A stretch of DNA of 64,000 nt from Eledone cirrhosa (lineage: Eukaryota): NCBI GenBank assembly GCA_964016885.1, contig OZ024740.1, positions 387,624,001 to 387,688,000 of the forward strand. Reading direction: 5' to 3'. Shown one piece after another: positions 1 to 13,425 of the stretch (position 1 is its first letter; the number at the start of each line of letters is the position of its first letter). A program made the position numbers and the translations under genes. Below the pieces are notes generated by a model. It was given only the letters and a program-made list of their open reading frames with translations, was not told the DNA's origin and searched no databases.

Positions 1-13
1 TCTAAGTGTTAAT

Positions 14-52
14 TGAACAAGTACTTTCATGCTTTCGCAATCTTCAGGTTCA
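14..52 (-). ncRNA. Minimal type I hammerhead ribozyme (inverted copy of 132-170)
   Basis: Exact reverse complement of 132-170, in the left arm of the 1-183 fold-back. Confidence 0.7.
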
Positions 53-131
53 TAATATGTGGTGACAGTCGAGTTTGCAATTTTCAATTTTCACAGTTGA
101 AAATTGCAAACTCAACTGTCACCACATATTA

Positions 132-170
132 TGAACCTGAAGATTGCGAAAGCATGAAAGTACTTGTTCA
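132..170 (+). ncRNA. Minimal type I hammerhead ribozyme
   Basis: TGAAC-CTGAAGA-T-TGC-GAAA-GCA-T-GAAA-GTAC-TT-GTTCA: 5-bp stem I, CUGANGA/GAAA core, GNRA-capped stem II, palindromic stem III (AGTACT), CUU triplet. Confidence 0.75.
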
Positions 171-358
171 ATTAACACTTAGAATTTAATATTCTATCAT
201 ACTATTTCATTATAATACCATTATATATTTTAAAGGATTGTAAATAAAACGAGTAAATCAGACAAAGTTGGAATTCCTCTTATTAATATATATATATATA
301 TATATACATGCACACACATACATACAAAATACACATACGTACACACAATTACATACAC

Positions 359-425
<67 letters not shown>

Positions 426-449
426 AAAAGACACTACATGCATACGCAT

Positions 450-607
450 GTCCAGAAATAGCCGTCGAAACGGCTTGAGTTCTGCCGTCGGGGTCTTGAA
501 CATTTTCCTATGACCCACTCTACTACCCTAAGTATTGAGTACTCTGGAGTCCAGAAATAGCCGTCGAAACGGCTTGAGCTCTGCCGTCGGGATCTTGAAC
601 ATTTTCA
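450..607 (+). mobile_element. Partial tandem of a PLE terminal repeat (family T) carrying a hammerhead-shaped motif
   Basis: Two direct copies starting GTCCAGAAATAGCCGTCGAAACGGCTTGAG (450-548, 549-607); same sequence as the 3' terminus of the Naiad copy at 33068-33205; next to (TA)n. Confidence 0.75.
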
Positions 608-620
608 TATATATATATAC

Positions 621-780
621 AGTATAAACAATGTTTCATACACTTAAAATGTATGTGCGACTATTGGTTTCGGGGTCCAGTTATGGCCACCATAGTATAT
701 TGGAGGAGGCACTCCCATAACTGGACCCCGAAACCAATAGTCGCACATACATGTTAAGTGTATGAAACATTGTTTATACT
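621..780. repeat. Fold-back inverted repeat, about 66-bp arms, containing a possible 3' half of an HHR
   Basis: 621-686 is a near-perfect reverse complement of 715-780; arms contain CGAAAC-CAATA-GTC. Confidence 0.8.
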
Positions 781-845
781 AAATAAGCTCTCTTGCAACA
801 AATTGAGCATTGTTCTCCTTGATCTTTCATCTACGGATTCCTTTA

Positions 846-1030
<185 letters not shown>

Positions 1031-1400
1031 AGACAGAGACAGAGACAGATATATAAGTAAATACGTCTTTATTTAATACTACTATATTTACAAAGATAAA
1101 TAGATCGTAATTTACTTGTAGTTGCTTGATGTACATATTACCTGATGAAGACACCAATTAGAGTTGAAAATATATAATTTTTTTATTTACGTAGACATAC
1201 GTAAATTTGATATGCTTACAGGTAAATATACTCAACATATATTTATATATACATTTACGTAATCTAATCTAAACATTGTACTTCATACTTGCAAGTATAA
1301 TTTTAATGTATAGGTGTGGGTGTAGGTGTTTTAGCAGTAGCACCAACACAGCGTGATTCAGATTAGATGTGTATATGGACTATATAATAAACATATATAA

Positions 1401-2030
1401 CAGTGGTTTCCCACTTTTGTGCACCATGCCCTACCTCAACATCTAAAAAATTGCTATTGCCCCTCAACCTTTGATATGAAGACAGCAATGATCAACTACA
1501 AAGTGTAAACAAATTGATGTATAGGTGGTGTCAGATGCACAATAACGTATGTGGAGGAGGTGAGGCAGGAGTTTCTGATAGTAATATGTACCATATAGGT
1601 GGTGTCAGATACGTACTGTAACATGTATGGTGGAGGAGGTGAGAGGAGTTTCTGATAGTAATGTGTACCATATAGGTGGTGTCAGATACGTACAGTAACG
1701 TATGTGTGGTGGAGAAGGTGAGAGGAGTTTCTGATAGTAATGTGTACCATATAGGTGGTGCCAGATACGCACAATAACGTATGTGGAGGAGGTGAGGCAG
1801 GAGTTTCTGATAGTAATGTGTACCATATAGGTGGTGTCAGCTACACACAGTAACGTATGTGGAGGAGGTGAGACAAGAGTTTCTGATAGTAATGTGTACC
1901 AAAGTTGCTTTGTGTAAAAGTAATAAGGTAAAACTTGAAATTTGTTCTCATTAACATCATTTTAAAATGGCCCCCCTTAAATATTCAAATTGCCCCCTGT
2001 GGGGTGTGCGCCTCACACTGGGAATCACTG
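1401..2030. mobile_element. Non-autonomous hAT element (MITE) with an internal tandem array
   Basis: TIRs CAGTGGTTTCCCA / TGGGAATCACTG; 8-bp TSD ATATATAA at 1393-1400 and 2031-2038. Confidence 0.85.
1520..1900. repeat. Minisatellite, about 5 copies of a 75-78 bp unit
   Basis: Unit ATAGGTGGTGTCAGAT...GGAGGAGGTGAG...GAGTTTCTGATAGTAATGTGTACCAT repeated head to tail with no unique spacers. Confidence 0.95.
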
Positions 2031-2177
2031 ATATATAACCTCACCGAGATAATTTTTTACTATGATAATATCATAGCTAATTAAGTAAGCACTTGAGTAT
2101 TTGAGGATCACAAAGCCACCATCAGTGACACCTACTCATATGATATTGGTGTAAAGAATTTAATTCTTCTTATACAT

Positions 2178-3117
2178 TGGTTTCTGATTTAGGCACAAGG
2201 CCAACAATTTTGGGAGAAGGGAGAGTCGTTTAAATCGAGCCAAGTGCATTACTGGTACTTTATTTCATCTACCTCGATTGGATGAAAGGCAAAGTTAACT
2301 TCGGCAGGATTTGAACTCATACCGTAAAGGGGTGTAACCTTATGCCATAAAGCAAGTTGTCTGACGCTCTACCGATTCTGCCAATCCACCGCCCTATTCT
2401 TCTTATATATTGATTATTCTAGTAATATGTTTTTGATTATGATTGATTTGAACATTTGATAAAGGCTTGACGGGCTAGTATTAATCAGCAGTATTACTAA
2501 CATAGCGTGATTCGGAATAGAGTCGTATGTGGATGCATTTGCAATGTGTTTAAATATAATTGTTTCTACTTTTTGGCACCAGTACATTACTGGTACTTTA
2601 TTTTATCGACCCCGTAAGGATGAAAGGCAAAGTTAACCCCGGCGGGATTCGAACTCAGAATGGCAAGGGCCGTAACTCTATGCATCAAAGCATAGCGTCC
2701 TTAAATATAATTGTTTCTATTTTTGGCACAAGGCCAGCAATTTTTCCAGTACATTACTGGTACTTTGTTTTATCGACCCCGTAAGGATGAAAGGCAAAGT
2801 TAACCCCGGTGGGATTCGAACTCAGAATGGCAAGGGCCGTAACTCTATGAATCAAAGCATAGCGTCCTTAAATATAATGAACTCTCATTGTGACTATTTC
2901 AATATTTCTTTCTACATTTGACACAAGAACATCAGGGGATGGGGAATGTCGACTAAATCGACCCAGGTCCGTACCTGGTACTTTATTTCATCGACCATGT
3001 AAGGATGAAAGGCAGAGCGAACCTCGGTGACATTTGAAGTCAGAAGGCGAAGTCACGTAATTATGTGCCGCAAAGCATGATGTTCGAGGTTCTACTGATA
3101 CTGACAATTCACCGGCC
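2178..3117 (-). mobile_element. Cluster of four tRNA-derived SINE copies (family S1)
   Basis: Copies at about 2178-2394, 2557-2700, 2707-2868 and 2905-3117; B-box-like GAGTTCRAATCC followed by the core AACTTTGCCTTTCATCCTTACGGGGTCGATAAAATAAAGTACCAG. Confidence 0.9.
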
Positions 3118-3139
3118 TTTTATTATTAGATCAATCAAG

Positions 3140-3336
3140 GTCAACACCTGATAGAATTGTGAAGGGCATGTTTCTTAATTGACATGCGCATTCCATCAGA
3201 TAGTAACATCTCATTGAAAGATTTCGGAAAGCTCGGTAAGTATAAAGATCAATCAATTGAAAGTGAGAAAATGTGGCATCTTATGGCCTATACAATACCA
3301 GTGATAGTCGGCGCACTTGGAATGATAAAAAGGGAA
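3140..3336 (+). pseudogene. R4/Dong-like LINE fragment, restriction-like endonuclease C-terminus
   Basis: PD...CFLIDMRIPSDSNISLKDFGKLGKYKD...MW...IPVIVGALGMI matches the PD-D...KY...VVGALG RLE pattern. Confidence 0.75.
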
Positions 3337-3810
3337 CTGAAAGAGGTTGTGTGGTGGACCAGATTGAAAGGACTGAAAACAGACACTTTTCTCTTCGGCC
3401 AATCCCTCATCAACTTCTTCAAGTTTCACTTGGAAAGGAAGGTGAGGGTGGTGAGAGAAGTGCTGCCCCCAGTACATTTGCTAAAAGGTGGGTGAATGTG
3501 GCGAGAATGGCCCGTGTGAACGGGCGTACTCTGAGCAGGCGGCTGTAGGCTGGTTAATTTGAGGGGGAGAGAGGTGCTCTCGAGCGTCGGGTGGTTCAGG
3601 ATTGGATGGGGTACCTGAGTGGGCCCGGGGTGGTTTGTCCCCCTATTGGGAATTTATTTTGTTATATTTTTATATATTTTCATTTATTTTTTAAATATTT
3701 ATATATATTTTTTATTGTTAATTATTTTTGTTATAGTGTATTTTTACTCGATTTTATTTCCCTGTCTTTGTATTTCCCCCTATATGTCGGCCCTTGTGGA
3801 CAATAAATGA
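3337..3810 (+). mobile_element. 3' end of an L1/Tx1-type LINE
   Basis: EVVWWTRLKGL...GQSLINFFKFHLERKVRV is homologous to the 3' ends of the minus-strand copies near 4520-4680 and 7800-8000; T-rich 3' UTR with AATAAA. Confidence 0.75.
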
Positions 3811-3835
3811 AACCATTTTTATTATTATTATTAAA

Positions 3836-4262
3836 GGGCGGTAGGGCGGTGGATTGGCAGTATCGGTAGAGGGTGGACGCCATGCTTTGCAGCATAGAGT
3901 TACGGTCCTTTATGATATGAGTTTAAATCCCGCCGAGGTTAACTTTGCCTTTCATCCGTACGGGGTCGATAAAATAAAGTACCAGTCATGCTGCTGAGGT
4001 CGATTTAATCGACTTTCCCCTCCCCCAAGATTGCTGGCCTTGTGCCTAAATAAGAACCATTATTTAGTGAGGAGGTGGTTTGACAGTATCGGCAGAGCGT
4101 CAGACACCATACTTTGCAGCATAGAGTTATGGCTCTTTAAAGTTTGAATTCAAATTCCGCTGAGGTTAACTTTGCCTTTCATCCTTACGGGGTCGATAAA
4201 ATAAAGTACCAGTAATGAGCTGGGATAATTGCTGGCCTTGTGCCAAAAGTAGAAACAATTAT
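3836..4262 (+). mobile_element. Two tandem S1 SINE copies
   Basis: GGCGGTGGATTGGCAGTATCGGTAGAG head (A-box-like), B box, conserved core and ...GCTGGCCTTGTGCC tail. Confidence 0.9.
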
Positions 4263-4329
4263 TTAGTGAGGATTTACAAAAAGCATGCAAAAAAGATGAC
4301 AGATAACAATAAACAATATAATTATAACA

Positions 4330-6725
4330 ATAAAAATTCTACATAGGGTGTAGTACCACCCAGAGGTGACTTAGGAACCCCACCGATCCTCAACCACCAA
4401 ATTCTCCAAGAGCATCCTAGGAGCGCGCCGATCTCCTCTCTAAACTTCCCAGTCTATAGGTGCATGGTCAAAGTAGGCCCATAGCTTGAGCTATGTTAGC
4501 TACATTCACCCATCTCTTAAGAGATGGACGAATGTAGCTGGGAGGAGAATTTTCCTCTCTACCTTCACCTTCCTTTGCAAATGGAACTTGAAAAGGTTGA
4601 TGAGTGCTTGACCGAGGAAAGTGTCTTCTTCGATTCTTTCAGACGTGTCCACTACACAACCTCTTTCGCTACAGCCAACTGACAGAAAAAGAATACTGCC
4701 TGCCGTTCCAGGCCAAAAGAAGACATCACGGTGATTTTCCTGATGGACTTGGATCCGTCCTACACGGTATAATAGCTGTTCGACAAAACTCGACATTGGA
4801 CGAGTGCGTGCAGAACGATTCCGTCTGTTTGTGCGCAGCACATACAGGTCCGTCTGGTAGGACTTTCGTGTTTGTAGAGTTTGTTTCGAACTGGCAGTGC
4901 TCCCGGGTAGCCCTGCCAAATCAGGGATTTCTAGAATTTTTCCATAGTTCCCGGCTGGAAAGTTTTCCGGAAAAGATTGGTCAGTTCGATTTCTTCAACA
5001 CCCAGAGACTCACCGAGAACATCTTTGCATCAATAATCATCTATAGCACGCTAGAATGGAATTTCCACTGACCGCATTGCCCGACTGGTAGAAGGCTGTG
5101 AGAACCTAACGGCATTCCAGAGGCAACGCGTCCTGTCTCGGTCTTCGCCTGAAACACTCCTGCAGCTCAGCCAAAGAGATGAGCGGTGGAAATATCTGTC
5201 TGAAAAACGGTGACCACACCATAACCTCAGCGCCTGTTTGCGCATTAGCAGCCACTGCATGCCAGTACTCAACGTAGAGGATGCTCTCAAATTGGTGAGG
5301 CGTGAATGGAAGCAATGCACGACGGTCAGGTGGTAATAGATGACGGATGCGATTTAAATGTTCACCACCTCCACTCGACCTTTCAAGGACAGTTTCCTCT
5401 CAGCTCATTTTTGGGAAGAGTGGCCACCCTACTCATTATCTCGTCCCGGTTTTTATCTATCCGGATGTCTCTCCCAAACCAGACCCCGAGGACGAAGTTA
5501 TTGAAAGACACACATTTCCCTCTCCAGGTGCCGAGCTGCAAACTCACCAAACTACTTTTCGGGTTGATCTTGTTCCCATCAATTTTTCTCATTCCTCTAA
5601 GAAGTTGCCGACACCTCGATTTCCGGGGGTGTTCTCCACCATCACGATGACGTCATCCGTATATACCAACACAGCCTTCTTACGTTCTGATACGAGCAGG
5701 ATGTCCTGCAACAGCTCCAGCTGCCGGACTAGCGGCCGGGGGTTTAGTAAGTACAGAAGGGAGGAGAGAGGATATCCTTGACTGACCGTGTGTGTGTTGT
5801 GGAACGGTTGCGATAGGTAGCCGTTGACTTTGACCACCGAGCAGATGCCGCTGTGCATTGCAGTGATTCATCCTCTGAAGACGGCGCCGAGGAAAACGTC
5901 CACGTATCGATGGTCAATTCTATCGAAAGCTTTCGATTGATCCAAATTTATTAGAGCCCCACCGAAGGCAGGTTTATTCACTACCCCTCTATGATGTATC
6001 ACATGACGCAGAGGTTGTCGTGTATAGACTTGGTCTAGATTGTACACGCCTACACCTCCCCTACCAGGCTCTCAACGACAAGTGCCAATCCTTTTGCTAG
6101 CATTTTGGACAAAATCTTAAACTCTGTGTTGAGCAGATTTATGGGCCTAAAGTTATCTTAACCGTCCCTGTTGTTCTCGTCTTTCCTCATCAGCGTTACT
6201 ATGCTCCGACTCACAGAAATGGAATTCCCCCGTTCTGTTGTTAGTTGCAGTAGATAGCTTTGAGGAGATCGGAGAACATGTCTGGCAAGTCTACGTAAAA
6301 TGTACAGAGCAGACCATTCAAACCGGGTGATTTGTGCCTCGTATAGTCGGCCAGTATCTCCCGAGTTTCGGCTGCTGTTTTCAGTGTTTCGCAGCACTAA
6401 ACATCAGTCAACGAAACTTACGGCAGGCTGTCTAGGTAGGAACTGAAGTCCGTCATCGTCTCCCGGAAGAGTCTTGAAATGTGCTGGCGAAAAGTCGCAC
6501 CTTTCCACCAAAAACCGAATTGTTTATTTATTGCCACGCTGCGCCTCTGCCACTTGGGCCCATCGAGCTGCTTTCGTTCCTTCGATTCTTAACGAACGCG
6601 TCTGCTCGGTATTGTGCCAACCTTTTTGCTAGCACCTTGTCCAAAATTTTAAACTGTGTTTTGAGATGAGATATGAGTCGGGAATTATTGATAAAGTCGC
6701 CGTTGTTTTCAACTTTCCTTATCTA
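4330..6725 (-). mobile_element. Decayed L1/Tx1-type LINE (RT and C-terminal region)
   Basis: Minus-strand RT motifs NLDQSKAFDRIDH (about 5910-5950), SQGYPLSSLLY and VYTDDV; many frameshifts. Confidence 0.85.
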
Positions 6726-7539
6726 CGCTCTAACTTACAGAGCTGAGAATTCTGATAATGCAACTTAACTATGACAATGTAATTTCGTATTTCACATTAA
6801 ATATATGATCTAGTTCTATTCTCGCAACTAGCACGTCTGTGGAATGCCATTCCTAATCTTTTGTATTTTAGCTAGTAACTAACACTCCTTTCAATTTTTT
6901 CTTATCTCTTTTTCTTTACTAAATACTACTTTACGATGATAGAGTTGGTGGATATGATGTTGGTAGTGTTAGTGTCGTGGATGCATCTATATTTATCATG
7001 AATGTGATGTTTGCATTTTCTGGAGTATGTGTTGGTGTGTGTTGGAATACGGCAGGATGTTTTTCGTTTTTTTTTTGTTTCATTCTTTATTGTTTTTTTA
7101 GTATCTGAGTCACAGTTGTTGAGGTGTAAGTGTATGAGTAAAAGCGTTTGTGTGTGTGTTTTGAAGAGAGGGGGAGTGAGAGCTATGCTGGAAGACCCCC
7201 TGCGTGGTTTTTAATTTTCTTGCAGTTGCTGTTGTTGGTGGTGGGGTTTCTTTGGTTGTTGTTGGTGTCCACCATCTTAATTTCAGCGAAACGTTGATGG
7301 CCGTATTTGATAAACTAACACAGGTTTAGCCCCCAACGGCTACAGTTAGAGATAAACTAATCAGTTCACGAAGATACTGTTTAGTTTAAGTACAAAACAG
7401 TAATAAATGTTCAATAAGTTAGGTTGAATAACTGTGAAATTGGAACACACTTAGATGATCCATGTATACTGCATCTTCAGAGGCTCGACAACAAATATAT
7501 CAATAATAAGAATAATAGTAATAATAATAATTTATTTAT

Positions 7540-10500
7540 TAACCACAAAGGGTTTACAAAATGAAAACATGGAAGACAGCACAAGACGGCACTACACGGT
7601 CCAATATGAGTTTTTTCGTGTAACAATGGTAAAACAGAAAACAAGACAATTGAAATTTTCAAACAAAAAAAATGGGTGTATACTTCCGTGGGTCCCTCGT
7701 GGAAAGCCCACAAAAAGCCATAGTCACTCTGATCGCTAGTGCAAGTGCCCAATACTAGTTGTCACCATCCAATCTGCAGGTGTACACACACAGAGCTGGC
7801 CCATTCACTCGGTTCATACTCGCCTCTCTCACCCACCTATCAACAAACTGGCTGGAACGCAGCATTTTCCTCTCCACCCCTGAGATTCCTCTTAAAGTGA
7901 AATCTGAAAATAATGTTATACAGGGCTTCGCCGAAGACAGGAATTCTTTCCTTCAACCCTTTCAATGCTCGCCATACAATATCTGTTGCCATAGCTACCA
8001 GTCAGATAGAAACAGTCTGCTCTTCCTGGCTAAAGAAAAGCAGCGGGGCGATCTTCACGATGGACTCAGCTGATAACCGGATCCATCATTCATGTAACAG
8101 AAGGTGTTCGACATAAACGCAGAAGTCAGCAATGCTGGGACCCTGCACGGTCTCGAACAGATTCGACTGACAACACGTCTATGCCTGTAGAGTTTATCTC
8201 AAATTAGCAATGTATTCTGCTAACATTAAGAGGCCAGGGATTTCTAGAAGTTATCCATGGGCCCTGGACCGAAAGTCCTCTCGAAAATAGTGGCTAGTTG
8301 ATTATCTTCGAAGCGCTGAGTTTCCCTAAAACCGTCGTCGCATTTACCCGTCACTCCCCCTCAATAGAATGCCACGGTCGAGTTTCCACCGATCGTGCTG
8401 CATATTCTAGTCTTCAAGAGCTTTCTCTCGGTCCCCACTTGAACCAGGACTGCAGCTCCATCAATAAGATGAGCTGGGAAAACAGGTGTCTAGGGAACAG
8501 CGACCACATTTGTTCGCCGTCAAGGAACGACTGGAGTTGTAGCCTCAGAGCATGTTTGCGCATCATCAGCCACGGTATTCCCAGTCGTGCACGTAGCGGG
8601 TTTTGACAGCAGATGGACTGCCTGACCAATGGAACCTGTCCTTTCCACAAGGAGCGAAAGCGAAACGCTGCAGTTTATTGAGACAGAGACCAGGACAAGG
8701 CACGATGTTGTAGCCGTAGTAGATGACGGATGCGTAGTATGCGTTCAAAACTTCTGCCCGACCTTCCAGGGATAGCTTTCTCGCTGTCCATTTCTAGGTA
8801 AGAGTGGTTACCATGTCTATTACATCTCCCAGTCTTTGTTTATCTGGAGATTTGGACCAAAGCAATTTAACTGGTCCGTCTCTCTAGCAGCCATCGACGT
8901 TGCTGGATGACATGAAATCGCTTCTCTTTGATGCCGATCCAAAGGGCCACCGACTTTTTATGTTTAATTTTCGCTTCTGTCACTGCTACGCATTGCTTCA
9001 GAACAATGCCGATCACCTCAATGTGTTTAGTAATCGACACTACCACGGTGACGTCGTCGGCATATACTTACATGGATCTCCAGCATCATAGTTTGCACAG
9101 GATGCTCTTCAACATCTTCAATTTGACTAGTAGTGGATTGAGGTTCAATGAATACAGCATAGACAAGAGGGGACAACGTTTCTGGACCGAACGCATGATC
9201 TTAAAAGGTTCCGAGAGGAACCTTTTAAGATCATGCGTTGGTGTTGCCATGCATAGCAGCGATCTGAAATGCTTTCGATTGATCAAAGCTGATCAGTGCG
9301 CCACCCGTACCACTTTCCTTAGCCACCCTCTCTATGATTTATCGCGTGAGGTGGAGGTAGTAGTTTGATGAATTTGTTTCAAATGGCGCATGTCTGCAGC
9401 TCTCCCACAAGATTCCCGACTACTAGCGCCAACCTTGTCGCTAAAATCTTGGCCAAAATTTTAAACTCAGTATTTATGGGTTATGGGCCTGAAATTATCA
9501 ATTTAGCCCCTTTTATTCGGGTTTTTTTTCAGCAGCACCACCGCTCCTCGGCTTACAGATCTGGGAATTCTTCCGTTCTATTGTCATTTTGCAGTAGATT
9601 GCCAGAGGTCACCGAACAAGTCAGGTAGAGTAGAAGGAGACCTAGTTAGAAGGCTAGACGAGGCATTTAGCAAGTCAGACATGTAGGGCAGACCATCAAA
9701 AACATGTGATTTACACCTCGTGCAGAATGTCATTGCTTCACGTATTTCAGCATCTGTTATCGGCTTTTCGCAATACACCGCTTCCATAACTGTAAGCTGC
9801 GGCAGGCCATCCCCCGATTTGGACAGCCACTGCTCCCGAACACTTGAGAGAAATGTTGCTGAAAAACCGCACATCTACTCGAGAGCGAGTAACATGCACC
9901 TATCGCGGTGCACCAAATACTGGATTGTGGCTTTGTTGCTACGATGTGCCTCCTCCACTTGGGACCATTGAACACCTTTCGTTTCGTTGTGTCAAAATGC
10001 ACGCGCCATATCACTAACAACGCAGCATTGGTGCTTAGCGTTAAAAAATTGGTCCTCAAGCACGTCGGTTGCGGTGCCTTTATTAAATGCCTTGTCTAGT
10101 CTTCTAAGTAGCTTTCTCTATATTCTATTTTTTTTCTCTCGCTACAGCTTTACTAAACCTTATCGATTCTTCTCTAGTCACCCTTTTCAGGACGAACTGC
10201 GTTTTGTGGTTAACGATTGCTCCCGTCAACGCCCATTTAACTAATTCCCTAATCCGGTCGCTTGTAGGCTTTCCGAACCGGGAATGACCCGTTCAGCTTC
10301 CAGTAACCAGATCAATGTCTTTAAAGCCTATCTAAATCGATTACACATATCACAAAGTTTTGACTCTATTGGATCATAGACATCCACTAGCCGGAAGGTA
10401 TGCTCTTTCCTGTTTGTTAGGTTACCTTCTGGGTCCAAGAACACTGTCCGTATCGCGAAATACAGGCGTTTCCGAAATAACACAGCGACACCGACTCCAG

Positions 10501-10860
10501 ATCATAGACGGCTTAGAGATGCGTACACTTGGTAGCCGACAAATATTGGTGCGAAAGTTCGAGCATAGGAAATTCTGGTCTCGGTTGATATCCAACACAT
10601 CTATATTCAGTGAACTGAGATCGTTGAGCAGGCGGCCTTGCTTCCAAGACGAGCGCAGTCCACTTGCATTTACACTGCCTATTCTGAATGTGGTCATGTT
10701 CGATGAAGAGGCCGAAAAAAGGAGGGGGACTACTTATTTTAGTCTTTTGGAGGAAAGACAATGGCTCCTTCCCTCTGACCAGTTGTGGGTTCCTCCACAA
10801 GGATATCTGTATAAATTCTTTTCGAGAGGGTGCCTCAGCAGGCCCCAATTACCCCAGGGA
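7540..10860 (-). mobile_element. Decayed L1/Tx1-type LINE with APE endonuclease and RT ORF2
   Basis: ORF2 start MTTFRIGSVNASGLRSSWKQGRLLNDL at 10697 (APE N-terminus); YADDVTV at about 9043-9064; QKRCPLLSMLY; homologous to 4330-6725; disrupted frame. Confidence 0.88.
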
Positions 10861-12239
10861 ATTTTAAGTATATATACATTTTCTGCTCCATTTCAATGAT
10901 TTTTATGTGTGGTGCTATGTTTTGGGATGTAATGTTTCCATAATGCTGGTATTGGGTTCTATGTAACTGAGAAGTTTTCTTTTGTTTCTATTTATAGCTA
11001 TATAGTGTGTAAGGGTTGTATCTTTAGCTGAAGTCACCTTTGTTGTTGCTGCGGTTGTGGGTTTTGTTTTTTTGGTAACTCTGTTATGATCACAACTTGA
11101 AATATTCACACGCAGATTATGAATGTATAATATGCATAAAACATATTGTACAGGGTGAGGCAAAAGTCGCGCACCATAGGGGTTAATTAATTAATCATGT
11201 TTTAAATTTTCATGTGTAATTATACTTTTGATAAAATTTTAATTTAATTCCAAAGAGAAGAAACTGAAACATTTTTCTCTGAGAGTTCCTTATATACTGA
11301 AGAAGGGAATTTTAAGTCACGAAATATTAGGACGAAAGACCCCACCCCCCCAAAGATTAGCAGGAAACTTCCTTTTACGTTACCTTCATCTTTCTGTCCA
11401 TTTTGCATTGTTTAGCCTTATTTCTCTTTCTGCATTATATATTACTAGACCACCCATGACACGTTGGATCACGTTCACTTAAAAATAATTTTTAACTAAT
11501 TAAAATATACACAGACATGTATGTAATGTGAAATCAAAATGGAAGGTCCATATACATATATATATATATGTGTGTGTGTATACATACATACGTATAAATA
11601 TGTGTGCGTGTGTGTATACATACATACATATATATATTTGCATGTGTGTGTGTATGTATATATATATATATGTGTGTGTATGTATATATATATATGTGGG
11701 TGTCTGTGACCTATATACACAGGTCACAGACACACACATATATATGTATATATATATATACACAACACCACCAGCTCTCTTTCTTTCTTCCATTTTACTT
11801 CTCTGCCTCCTTCTCTCTCTCCCTCTCTCTTTCAATCTACTCCTTCACAACTACTATCTCTTTCTCTCTATCTTTCTCTCTCTCTATTTATGAAGGTACC
11901 CGGAAAACCCCCGTATTTCAGGAACCCGAGCTCCGATTAACGCGAAATATATTTTATTCCATTTGTATTCCCATTTCAGGGGCAACTTCTTTTCAAAGTA
12001 TTCTCCCATTATGCACCGTTTGGCTGTATTAAATTACAGACAAGCACACAAACACAGAGTTTTAGTAGTATATAGATATCCAATGCTTCAAGCAAAATAC
12101 ATTTTATTACTTTTAATAAATTATCTCCACGGTGCGCATCTTTTGCCCTCTCATGTATAAAATTTGTCGATCGACTTTCGTCAAATCGGACCGAGGAAAC
12201 AATGTTTCCGTTGGTCTTTCCAATTGCTAATACTATCTA

Positions 12240-12390
12240 ATGGTCGCAACTCCAGGTAGATAGAATGAGTAACGAAAAATAAAGTGTCTTGCTCAAGGAC
12301 ATAACGCACCGCCCGGTCTAGGAATCTAACTGAGAACCTCACGATTGCGAATCCAGCTCTCTAACCAATCAGCCACACGCCTTTCCATAT
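12240..12390 (-). mobile_element. Second tRNA-derived SINE family (S2), 5' part
   Basis: Minus strand reads GGCGTGTGGCTGATTGGTTAGAG...GTCCTTGAGCAAGACACTT; related copy at about 41060-41187. Confidence 0.7.
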
Positions 12391-12689
12391 ACGACACTAT
12401 TCGGAATCACGTTGCATTAATACCACTTATAGCTGGTACGTATTCCATCTGGCTGCACAATATACAAATAAACCATCATAAATAAAACAAGTTATTTAGA
12501 AAATATATAAATAAGAAGCACTTCACTGCCATACCTTAGCATCGAGTGAGTAAGCGTCAATTGTGATGAATTAACTGAAATACTAATATTTGGCCTTTTT
12601 CACACAGTTACTGGATTGTTACTTTATGCAATGATTTCTTCTTGGCCACAAATACGTAGACAAATAAAGAAGGAAGAAGGATATGATGA

Positions 12690-13425
12690 TAATTGTTTTT
12701 ACTTTTGGCACTCAGAATGGCAAGGGGCGTAACTCTATGCGTCAAAGCATGGCGTCCGACCCTCTACCGATACTGCCAATCCACTGCCCAGAAGGATATG
12801 ATGATGATGTTGATAAGAATGACTTACATGAATTACGAAAGATTTTGCATGATATGTTTTAATGAAGGAATTATTAAATTAAATCATTCTATTATACACT
12901 TCGCAGTGAGTTCCTATGCCCTAGGTCTCTGGAAGACATTCGGCAAGAAATGGAAATAAAACAGAGGGCAGAGGAAAAACACAAATAATACTTTTTTCTA
13001 CTTTAGACACAAGGCCAGCAATTTGAAGGGGAGGGGAAAGTCGATTAAATCGACCCCAGTGCATTACTAGTACTTTATTTTTTGTTCCCGTAAGGCAAAG
13101 CTAACCTCGGCGGGATTTGAACTCAAAACGTTAAGGGCCGTAACTCTATGCCTTAAAGCAAACTGTCCGATGCTCAACCGATACTGCCAATCCACCACTG
13201 CCTTCAATAATAATAACGATTTCTATCATAGGCACAAGGCTAGCAATTCGGGGGGAGGGGAAAGTCGATTAAATCGACCCCAGTGCGTTACTGGTACTTT
13301 ATTTTACCGACCCCGTAAGGACGAAAGGCAAAGTTAACCTCGGCGGGATTTGAGCTCAAAACGTAAAGGGCCGTAACTCTATTCCGTAAAGCATAATGTC
13401 CGACGCTCTACTGATACTACCAATA
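12690..13425 (-). mobile_element. S1 SINE cluster (one internally deleted, two near full length)
   Basis: Copies at about 12690-12790, 12993-13203 and 13216-13425 align to the S1 consensus. Confidence 0.88.

Noticed and set aside
1137-1180. CTGATGA...GAAA hammerhead candidate
   Set aside because: Stem II is weak and there is no convincing stem III or cleavage register; at best a relic.
1520-1900. CRISPR-like periodicity of about 75 bp
   Set aside because: The whole unit is repeated with no variable spacer, and it lies within a hAT MITE.
3836-3945. tRNA gene
   Set aside because: A/B-box-like head of a multi-copy SINE; no complete cloverleaf.
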